Of a stretch of 32,453 nucleotides of DNA, positions 25,649 through 32,453 are shown piece by piece. The notes beneath the pieces were generated by a model that saw only the letters and a program-made list of their open reading frames with translations, had not been told where the DNA came from and searched no databases. Position 1 is the first letter of the stretch. Every line of letters starts with the position of its first letter. The stretch is from NCBI GenBank assembly GCA_964384245.1, contig CAYLKW010000003.1, positions 124 through 32,576 on the forward strand. The letters are read 5' to 3'. A program made the translations under genes and the position numbers. Source of the DNA: an uncultured bacterium (GTDB lineage Bacteria; Sysuimicrobiota; Sysuimicrobiia; Sysuimicrobiales; Humicultoraceae).

Positions 25649-26686
25649 ATGATCTTCGACAGGTTGCTGGCGCAGTTCGGGCGCGACATGGGGGTAGACC
25701 TGGGCACGGCCAATACCCTCGTCTATGCACGCGGCGTGGGCATTGTCCTGCGCGAGCCTTCGGTGGTCGCCAAGCGCGTTGATGACGGCCAGATCCTGGC
25801 CGTGGGCGAGGAGGCCAAGCGGATGATCGGCCGCACGCCTGGTGACATCATCGCCACGCGGCCGATGCGCGACGGCGTTATTGCCGATTTCGACACGACC
25901 GCGGCAATGCTCACCTACTTCCTGCGGCGGGCGTCCAACGGCCGGATGTGGATCCGGCCGCGGGTCGTGGTTGGCATCCCGTCGGGCTGCACCGAGGTCG
26001 AAAAGCGGGCGGTGGTTGACGCAACGCTGCAGGCGGGCGCCCGAACAGCCTACCTCATCGAGGAGCCCATGGCCGCGGCGATCGGCGCGGGGCTGCCGGT
26101 TTCAGACCCAATCGGCAGCATGGTGGCGGACATCGGTGGAGGCACGACCGAGGTAGCGGTCATAGCGTTGGGCGGTATTGTGGCCAGCCGCTCCATCCGC
26201 GTCGCGGGTGACGAACTGGACGAGGCGATCATCCAGTACGCCCGCCGCTCTTACAACCTGCTCATCGGCGAGCGGTCGGCTGAGGGGATCAAGATCGCGG
26301 TGGGGTCCGCTTTTCCCGTGCGGGATGAGAACGCCGTGGACGTGCGCGGGCGCGATCTGGTATCGGGCCTGCCACGCACGGTGCGCATGACCAGCGGGGA
26401 GGTCCGCGAGGCGATAGCCGAGCCGGTACAGGCGATCGTTGACGCGGTGAAGCAGACGCTGGAGCGGACGCCTCCGGAGCTGGCCGCGGACATCGTGGAC
26501 CGCGGGATCATACTGGTTGGCGGCGGCGCCCTGCTGCGCGGGATGGACCGCCTGCTGGCGGAAGAGACCGGCATGCCGGTCTCGCTTACGGAAGACCCGT
26601 TGGCGGCAGTGGTAATGGGCGCCGGGAAGGCTCTTGAGGAGATCGAGACTCTACAGAAGGTGCTGGTCGCGTCCAAGCGCGGTTAG
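25649..26686 (+). CDS. mreB: Rod-shape-determining actin homologue MreB
   Basis: [53 protein letters not shown] upstream. Confidence 0.95.
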   Translation: MIFDRLLAQFGRDMGVDLGTANTLVYARGVGIVLREPSVVAKRVDDGQILAVGEEAKRMIGRTPGDIIATRPMRDGVIADFDTTAAMLTYFLRRASNGRMWIRPRVVVGIPSGCTEVEKRAVVDATLQAGARTAYLIEEPMAAAIGAGLPVSDPIGSMVADIGGGTTEVAVIALGGIVASRSIRVAGDELDEAIIQYARRSYNLLIGERSAEGIKIAVGSAFPVRDENAVDVRGRDLVSGLPRTVRMTSGEVREAIAEPVQAIVDAVKQTLERTPPELAADIVDRGIILVGGGALLRGMDRLLAEETGMPVSLTEDPLAAVVMGAGKALEEIETLQKVLVASKRG

Positions 26687-26722
26687 GAACGCTGGCGCGC
26701 CAAGGGACCGAGTGTCGCCTAG

Positions 26723-27538
26723 GTGAGACGGCGGATCTTGTTGGTGGCGGTATTGGCGGCGGCAGCGCTCGCGCTGCTGACGTTCCAGGTGCGCCTGCCC
26801 GAGCGCCGGGCGCTGGGTCCCGTGGGGTCCTTCCTGCTGGCGTGGCTGGGGCCTGCCCAGGGCGCGCTTTCGCGCGTGGGCGATGCAGGGACACGGTTCT
26901 GGCGCCTCTACTCCGAGATCGGGCGGTTGCGCGTCGAGAACACGCACCTGCGCGAGGATATTGAGCGCCTTTCCGAGGAGACGCTCCGGCTGCGCGAACA
27001 GGCCCAGGCGACGCAACGCCTGGAGCGGCTCCTTGAGTTCAGGCGTCAGGTCCCAGGCCGCGCGATCGGCGCGCGGGTGATTGGACGAGGCGGCGCGCAG
27101 TGGTTTGCGGTGATCCTGGTGGATCGCGGCGCCAGGGATGGCGTGCGGCTCAACGACACCGTGGTGGGTGCCGGGGGTTTGGTCGGCCGCATCCTGGCCG
27201 TAACCCACTCGACGGCGCAGGTGCTGCTTGTAACCGACTCGCGCAGCTCCGTGGGCGTTGTGCTCCAGCAGTCGCGCGAGTCGGGCGTGGTGGAGGGTCA
27301 GGGTGGGCCGCTGTTGCGCGTGAAGTACCTGTCCAGGGCGCGTGAGATAGCGGTAGGCGAGGCCGTACTGACCTCGGGCCAGGCGGGCGTGTTTCCTCGA
27401 GGCCTGCCGGTGGGAACGATCTCAGCGCTCGTGCGCGAGCAGGGCGCCCTGTATCAGGAGGCAACCGTCCGTCCTGCCGCAAGCCTGGCCCACATCGAAG
27501 AGGTGCTGATTCTGATTGGGAGTTCCCCCAGGCCGTGA
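26723..27538 (+). CDS. mreC: Rod-shape-determining protein MreC
   Basis: N-terminal TM, a coiled coil (LRVENTHLREDIERLSEETLRLREQ), then beta-domain motifs (GLVGRILAV, TSGQAGVFPRGLPVG). Confidence 0.85.
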   Translation: MRRRILLVAVLAAAALALLTFQVRLPERRALGPVGSFLLAWLGPAQGALSRVGDAGTRFWRLYSEIGRLRVENTHLREDIERLSEETLRLREQAQATQRLERLLEFRRQVPGRAIGARVIGRGGAQWFAVILVDRGARDGVRLNDTVVGAGGLVGRILAVTHSTAQVLLVTDSRSSVGVVLQQSRESGVVEGQGGPLLRVKYLSRAREIAVGEAVLTSGQAGVFPRGLPVGTISALVREQGALYQEATVRPAASLAHIEEVLILIGSSPRP

Positions 27539-28065
27539 CGCTGCTGAGGATCGTGCTGTTCGCGTGCCTGCTGGGAGCAGGCGCTGTCGTTGACGGCGCC
27601 TGGCTGTCCCGGCTGCCCAGGTGGGCCTCACCTGACCTGCTGCTCCTCATCACCGTAGCCTTCGGTCTGCGGCGCGGGCTGGCAGCCGGCGCCCTGACTG
27701 GTGCAGCGGCCGGATACCTCCGGGATGTGACCGGAGGCAGCCCGCTTGGGATCTACGCGCTTTCCTACCTGGCCGTCGGCACCGCTGCCGGAGCGCTGGC
27801 AGCCGTGGTGGATCTGGGGCAGAGGTACCTGTATGCCGCCGCCGCCGCGCTCGCCACGGTGGGGCTCTCGCTTGCAAGCGGCCTGATCGTGGCCGCCACC
27901 GGTCTCACCTTGGTTGACTGGCCCCTGCTGCTGCGGGAGACGGCCGCGGTCGCCGTCTTGAACGCGCTCTTCGCCGGGCCCGTTGCCGCGATTGTTGCAT
28001 GGGCCGAGACCGTTTCCCGCAGGCGCGATCCAACCAGGATCGTGGCGCGAAGGGCGATACGATGA
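27535..28065 (+). CDS. mreD: Rod-shape-determining protein MreD
   Basis: 176 aa polytopic membrane protein directly between mreC and mrdA, with GTGA/ATGA overlaps. The assignment is mostly positional. Confidence 0.7.
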   Translation: MTLLRIVLFACLLGAGAVVDGAWLSRLPRWASPDLLLLITVAFGLRRGLAAGALTGAAAGYLRDVTGGSPLGIYALSYLAVGTAAGALAAVVDLGQRYLYAAAAALATVGLSLASGLIVAATGLTLVDWPLLLRETAAVAVLNALFAGPVAAIVAWAETVSRRRDPTRIVARRAIR

Positions 28066-29834
28066 ACATGGAGGGCGCGCCCTGGAGCCCACGTGTGGTC
28101 CGATTGGGGCTGATCATCCTCCTGGCGTTTGCGCTGATCGAGGGGCGCCTCTGGTCCCTGCAGGCCATTGACGGAGGCCGCTACCTCGAGTTGTCCGAGC
28201 AGAACCGGCTGCGGGACTACAAGGTTCCGGCGCCGCGCGGCGTTATCTACGATCGGGGCGGTCACCCGTTGGTGACCAACCGGCCGGCGTTCACGGTGAG
28301 CATGCTGCCCATGGAAGTGTCCGACCCGCAGCGGCTGGTTGCGGAGCTCGCCCCGATCCTGGGGGTCGAGCGCGAGGAACTGCTGGCCCGTCTGGAAGCC
28401 GGCCGCGCCCGGCCATTTGAGCCCGTGGTCCTGCGCCGCGACGTGTCGAAGAGCGTTGTGCTGACGGTTGAGGAGCGCCGGCTCGACCTCCCGGGAGTGA
28501 TCGTGCAGGCAGAGCCGGTACGCGAGTACCTTCTTGGGAGCCTGGGAACGCATGCCCTCGGCCACCTGGGCGAGATCACCGAGGAGGAGCTCCGCGCCAA
28601 GCCCCAGTACCGGGCCGGAGACCTGATCGGCAAGTCGGGAGTGGAACGCACGTACGACGCGCACCTGCGGGGAGAGAACGGCCGGCTGCGCGTCGAGGTG
28701 GATGCTGCCGGCCGGCCGGTGCGCGTGCTGAGCCGGCGGTCGTCCCGCCCCGGCCACTCCGTGGTGCTCAACCTTGATGCCACACTTCAGGAGGTTGCGG
28801 AAAAGGGCCTGCGCGGGCGCACCGGCGCTGTGGTGGTGATGGACCCCCGGAGCGGAGAGGTGCTGGCGCTGGCCAGCGCGCCCACGTTTGACCCTGGTCT
28901 GTTCTCCGGAGGGATCAGCCCGGCCAACTGGCGCCGGTTGACCGCGGACCGCGGGCTCCCGCTGATGAACCGGGCGGTCGAGTCCACCTACGAGCCCGGA
29001 TCGGTCTTCAAGATAATCACAGGGCTCGCCGCGCTCGGCGAAGGCGTGGCGCGGCGCGACACCCGGTTCGAGTGCACGGGATCGCTCCAACTCGGCCGCT
29101 GGATCTTCCGTGACCTCGTGGTACACGGTACGCTCAACTTCATCAAGGGCACCGCGGTATCGTGCAACGTGATGTTCTGGCAGTTGGGCCGGGCGCTGGG
29201 AGAGGATCGGCTGGAACGCTACGCCCGTGCCCTGGGACTTGGCCAGACCACCGGGATAGACCTCCCCGGCGAGGCCGCCGGTCTCGTTCCCTCGGCAGAG
29301 TGGAAGCAGCGGGTCTGGAAGGAGCCCTGGTACCCCGGCGATACGCTCAACATGAGCATCGGCCAGGGGTTTGTCCTGACCACACCCGTGCAGATCGCCC
29401 GGATGGTGGGCGCGGTGGCGACCGGCGGGAAGCTGGTTCGGCCGCACCTGGCGCGCCGAGTGCTGGCGCCGGACGGCGCCGAGGTGACGGCGGTTGGTCG
29501 GGAGATCGAGGACGCGCCGCTGACCTTGACGCCATCGGTTCAGCGCGCGATGCGCGAGGGGATGCGCGCCGTGGTCGAGGGCGGTACCGGCGCTGCGGCA
29601 GCGGTGCCGGGCATGGCGATCGCCGGCAAGACCGGCAGCGCCGAGAACCCCAGGGGCATCCCGCACGCCTGGTTTGCGGGCTACGCGCCGATTGAGGACC
29701 CGGCGCTGGTCGTGGTCGTCTTCATCGAGCACGGTCGCCGGGGCGGTGAGGTCGCCGCGCCGATCGCACGCGCGCTGTTTGAGGCGGCGCGGCCGCTACT
29801 GGCGCCGCAGCCGGCGGGCCTGGTGCGGCGGTGA
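28062..29834 (+). CDS. mrdA: Penicillin-binding protein 2 (elongasome transpeptidase)
   Basis: N-terminal TM, RGVIYDRGGHPL dimerisation-domain motif, and transpeptidase motifs SVFK (SxxK), SCN (SxN), KTGSAE (KTG). Start is ATG 28062, overlapping the mreD stop. Confidence 0.9.
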   Translation: MNMEGAPWSPRVVRLGLIILLAFALIEGRLWSLQAIDGGRYLELSEQNRLRDYKVPAPRGVIYDRGGHPLVTNRPAFTVSMLPMEVSDPQRLVAELAPILGVEREELLARLEAGRARPFEPVVLRRDVSKSVVLTVEERRLDLPGVIVQAEPVREYLLGSLGTHALGHLGEITEEELRAKPQYRAGDLIGKSGVERTYDAHLRGENGRLRVEVDAAGRPVRVLSRRSSRPGHSVVLNLDATLQEVAEKGLRGRTGAVVVMDPRSGEVLALASAPTFDPGLFSGGISPANWRRLTADRGLPLMNRAVESTYEPGSVFKIITGLAALGEGVARRDTRFECTGSLQLGRWIFRDLVVHGTLNFIKGTAVSCNVMFWQLGRALGEDRLERYARALGLGQTTGIDLPGEAAGLVPSAEWKQRVWKEPWYPGDTLNMSIGQGFVLTTPVQIARMVGAVATGGKLVRPHLARRVLAPDGAEVTAVGREIEDAPLTLTPSVQRAMREGMRAVVEGGTGAAAAVPGMAIAGKTGSAENPRGIPHAWFAGYAPIEDPALVVVVFIEHGRRGGEVAAPIARALFEAARPLLAPQPAGLVRR

Positions 29835-30922
29835 GGGCGCGCTGGCTCCGCGAGATGGACTGGGTGCTGATCGGCGCCACCATCCTGCTTGCCGCCTTCG
29901 GTGTCCTGGCGCTGATCTCGGCGCGGCACGGGGCGGCGGACGCGGCGTCCTTCCTGCGCGCCCGCGCGCTGCACCTATCGCTGGGCGCCCTGGCGCTGGT
30001 CGCCCTGGCGGCGACGGACTACCGTCAGATCGCCGGCCCGTGGAAGGCGGTCTACGCGGGCACCCTGCTGCTGCTGGCCTCGGTGCTCGTCCTCGGGGAC
30101 ACGCGCATGGGAGCACAGCGCTGGATCACGCTGGGCGCGTTTGGCGGCTTCCAGCCATCGGAGATCGCCAAGCTGTGCCTCGTGATCACGCTCGCCCGGC
30201 ACCTGGACGGCGTGAAGTCCCTGCCCCGCCTGCGCTCGCTCTTCCCGTTTGGCCTGCACATCGCCCTGCCGGCTGTGTTGATCGTCCGCCAGCCCGACCT
30301 GGGCACAGCGCTGGTGCTGCTCGCCGTGCTGGCGGCCGTGCTGTACGTCGCCGGCGCGCGTGCGCAGGATCTGGCCGGGGTTGCCGCCGCTGCCGCGGTC
30401 GCCGCCCCGTTCCTGTGGCAGTTGCTCCACGACTATCAGCGTCGGCGACTCGCTGCGTTCCTGGATCCGGGCGCAGATCCGCTGGGGGCCGGATACGCGC
30501 TGATACAGTCCAAGATCGCCGTCGGATCCGGACAGCTCTTCGGCAAAGGGCTCTTTGCCGGCACCCAGAGCGTGCTGCGGTTCATACCAGAGCAGCACAC
30601 CGATTTCGTGTTCACGGTAGTCGGGGAGGAACTCGGTCTGGCCGGGGCCACATTGCTGCTCGGGTTGTACCTAGTGTGGTTGTGGCGCGCGCTCCGCATC
30701 GCGGAAGGCGCGCGCGACCGCCTGGGGGCGCTGGTGGCCACCGGCATAGCTGCGATGGTCGCGTTCCACGTTGTGGTCAACGTGGGGATGACGGTGGGGC
30801 TGATGCCCGTGACCGGCATCCCCTTGCCACTCGTGAGCCATGGAGGCACGGCAATACTCACAACTTTCGCCGGCACGGGGATGCTGCTTAGCATCCACCT
30901 GCGCCGGCGCCCGGGAGGCTGA
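29831..30922 (+). CDS. rodA: SEDS-family peptidoglycan polymerase RodA
   Basis: 363 aa, ~10 TM. QPSEIAKL, RQPDLGTAL, PEQHTDFVFTVVGEELG, PLPLVSHGGT motifs. Confidence 0.9.
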   Translation: MRARWLREMDWVLIGATILLAAFGVLALISARHGAADAASFLRARALHLSLGALALVALAATDYRQIAGPWKAVYAGTLLLLASVLVLGDTRMGAQRWITLGAFGGFQPSEIAKLCLVITLARHLDGVKSLPRLRSLFPFGLHIALPAVLIVRQPDLGTALVLLAVLAAVLYVAGARAQDLAGVAAAAAVAAPFLWQLLHDYQRRRLAAFLDPGADPLGAGYALIQSKIAVGSGQLFGKGLFAGTQSVLRFIPEQHTDFVFTVVGEELGLAGATLLLGLYLVWLWRALRIAEGARDRLGALVATGIAAMVAFHVVVNVGMTVGLMPVTGIPLPLVSHGGTAILTTFAGTGMLLSIHLRRRPGG

Positions 30923-30960
30923 CAGGGTAGGCCGGTCCGGGAGAACTGGGAGCTGGGATC

Positions 30961-32453
30961 ATGGGAAGAGAGATAATCGCCAGCATCGAGGCGGGCGAGA
31001 CGCGCGTGGCCGTCTTGGAAGACGGCACGCTCGTCAACCTGTTCGTCGAACGGTCAGAGCCCGTGGCCGGCAACGTCTACAAGGGCAGGGTTACGAACGT
31101 GCTGCCGGGCATGGACGCCGCGTTCGTGGACATCGGCCTGGAGCGCAACGCCTTCCTCCACGTGGCTGACATCCGCTCGCAGCGGCTCGACGGTGAGGAG
31201 GTCGAGGAGTCGTTTGGCCGCGGTGCGATCGCCGAACGGTTGCGCACCGGCCAGGAGATTCTCGTGCAGGTCACCAAGGAGCCGATGGGGTCGAAGGGCG
31301 CGCGGGTCACGACCTACGTGGCCCTGCCGGCCCACTACCTGGTGTTGATGCCAACCGTCAACTACGTGGGGGTGAGCCGGCGCATCACCAGCGAGGCCGA
31401 GCGCAAGCGGCTGCGCCAGATGGCCGAACGGGTGCGGCCCGAGAAGATGGGCATCATTGTGCGCACCGCCGCCGAGGGAGTCGAGGAGAAGGTCCTCTCC
31501 GACGATGTGGCGTTCCTGCTGCAGATGTGGAACCGGGTGCTCGAGCGCGCGCGCTCCGGCAAGGCGCCAGCGCCCGTCTACCAGGACCTGCGCCTGATCC
31601 GGCGCGTTGTGCGCGACCTGTTTACCGAGGACGTGGAACGGTTCGTGGTGGACTCGCCCGAGGAGTACGGCCGGATCGCGGACCTGCTCTCCTCGTTTGC
31701 CCCTCAGCTCCGACCACGGCTGGTGCTCCACCGCGACGACGAGCCGGTCTTCGAGCACCGAGGGATCGAGCGCGAGATAGACCGCGCGCTGCGCCGCCGG
31801 GTCTGGCTGAAGTCGGGCGGATACATAGTGATAGACCGGACCGAGGCGCTGACCGTCATTGATGTCAACACCGGCAAGTACGTTGGGAAGACCGACCTGA
31901 CCACCACGATACTGCGCACGAACCTCGAGGCCGTCGGCGAGGTCGTACGCCAGATCACGCTCCGGGACATTGGCGGCATCATCCTCGTGGACTTCATTGA
32001 CATGGACAAGGCGGATCACCGCCAGCGGGTGCTGGACGCACTGGAAGAGGCCGTGAAACGCGACCGGTCCAAGGCCCACGTCATTGACCTGACCGACCTG
32101 GGCCTGGTTGAGATCACCCGCAAGCGCGTCTACCAAGACCTGGACGAGATCATGCGGGCTCCGTGCCCGTACTGCGAGGGCCGCGGCCGGGTGCTCTCTC
32201 CGGAGACGATGGCGGTCCGCGTGCGGCGCGAGGCACGCAAGCTGGTCCGAAGCACCAAGGCACCCGCAGTGCTCATCGAGGTGCACCCCCAGGTGGCCGG
32301 CGCGCTGTTGCGGGACGGTGCCGGTTGGGTGCGTGTGTTGGAGGAATCGTCGGGTCGGCGCGTGCGCATCCGCGGCAGGGAGGGACTGCACCTGGAGCGC
32401 CTGAACGTTGCCGAGGGCGAGAGCCTGAAGGAACTGGAGGCGGCGCCTCCCGA
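30961..32453 (+). CDS. rng: Rne/Rng-family endoribonuclease (RNase G-like), 3' end outside the window
   Basis: Not in the ORF track because no stop is reached; translated by hand. S1 domain (GNVYKGRVTNVLPGMDAAFVDIG), ALTVIDVNTGKYVG, RDIGGIILVDFIDM, GLVEITRKR and the Zn-link CPYCEGRGRV. The frame stays open to position 32453. Confidence 0.9.
   Translation, partial: MGREIIASIEAGETRVAVLEDGTLVNLFVERSEPVAGNVYKGRVTNVLPGMDAAFVDIGLERNAFLHVADIRSQRLDGEEVEESFGRGAIAERLRTGQEILVQVTKEPMGSKGARVTTYVALPAHYLVLMPTVNYVGVSRRITSEAERKRLRQMAERVRPEKMGIIVRTAAEGVEEKVLSDDVAFLLQMWNRVLERARSGKAPAPVYQDLRLIRRVVRDLFTEDVERFVVDSPEEYGRIADLLSSFAPQLRPRLVLHRDDEPVFEHRGIEREIDRALRRRVWLKSGGYIVIDRTEALTVIDVNTGKYVGKTDLTTTILRTNLEAVGEVVRQITLRDIGGIILVDFIDMDKADHRQRVLDALEEAVKRDRSKAHVIDLTDLGLVEITRKRVYQDLDEIMRAPCPYCEGRGRVLSPETMAVRVRREARKLVRSTKAPAVLIEVHPQVAGALLRDGAGWVRVLEESSGRRVRIRGREGLHLERLNVAEGESLKELEAAPP

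Noticed and set aside
27765-29732. 655-aa ORF on the minus strand opposite mrdA
   Set aside because: A shadow ORF typical of GC-rich DNA. Its translation is Arg/Pro/Gly/Ala/His-rich low complexity with no recognisable motif, while the + strand encodes a PBP2 with SxxK, SxN and KTG motifs.
12298-32391. Other long minus-strand ORFs (12298..13272, 14976..16139, 16843..18180, 20285..21421, 21466..22380, 31054..32391)
   Set aside because: Each lies antisense to a + strand gene with strong family motifs (hydrogenase subunits, AcuA/AcuB, response regulator, DeoC, RNase G) and has low-complexity, motif-free translations. These are treated as GC-driven open frames.
1-32453. CRISPR arrays, tRNA/rRNA genes, IS elements, prophage or defence islands
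   Set aside because: Coding density on the + strand leaves no spacer longer than about 130 nt. I saw no repeat-spacer periodicity, no transposase/integrase-like ORFs and no cloverleaf-sized GC-balanced gaps.

Overview
GC-rich (by eye about two-thirds G+C) bacterial chromosomal window. All 41 CDS I can support lie on the + strand, the last one cut by the window edge, and many junctions have 1-4 nt start/stop overlaps.

Gene order:
- (1) Molybdenum-cofactor genes: a MoeA-MobB fusion and mobA, followed by a Zn-dependent dehydrogenase.
- (2) usp-dsbA-VKOR redox/stress trio.
- (3) A CBS-CBS-ACT (AcuB-like) protein.
- (4) A ~10.5 kb nickel/[NiFe]-hydrogenase supercluster: hypC, a family-5 ABC substrate-binding protein, 2 permeases with no ATPases, an unknown protein, a short HypA, HypB, a stand-alone cNMP-binding-domain protein, a four-subunit group-3b-type hydrogenase and its maturation protease.
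- (5) acuA-acuB, a four-subunit 2-oxoacid:ferredoxin oxidoreductase, a NarL-type response regulator and deoC, almost all translationally coupled.
- (6) A holin-X-like membrane protein, a small coiled-coil/TM ORF and tatA-tatC.
- (7) The classical DUF4321-maf-radC-mreBCD-mrdA-rodA-rng cell-shape block.

I found no tRNA/rRNA, CRISPR array, IS/transposase, integrase, or phage or defence-type genes. Non-coding space is limited to short spacers of 130 nt or less.

I do not see a clear-cut new multi-gene system. The most unusual content is in the hydrogenase/nickel island: a HypA with its zinc-finger module cleanly missing, an uncharacterised His/Cys-rich ORF with a HypC-like C-terminal half, an ATPase-less importer coupled to hypC, and a cNMP domain with a degenerate phosphate-binding cassette. 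The other oddity is the grafting of acuAB and an orphan response regulator onto a 2-oxoacid oxidoreductase operon.

Gene content and order (acuAB, maf-radC-mreBCD) suggest a high-GC Firmicutes-like lineage, but that is only an inference. All family assignments come from motif recognition by eye, with no database search.
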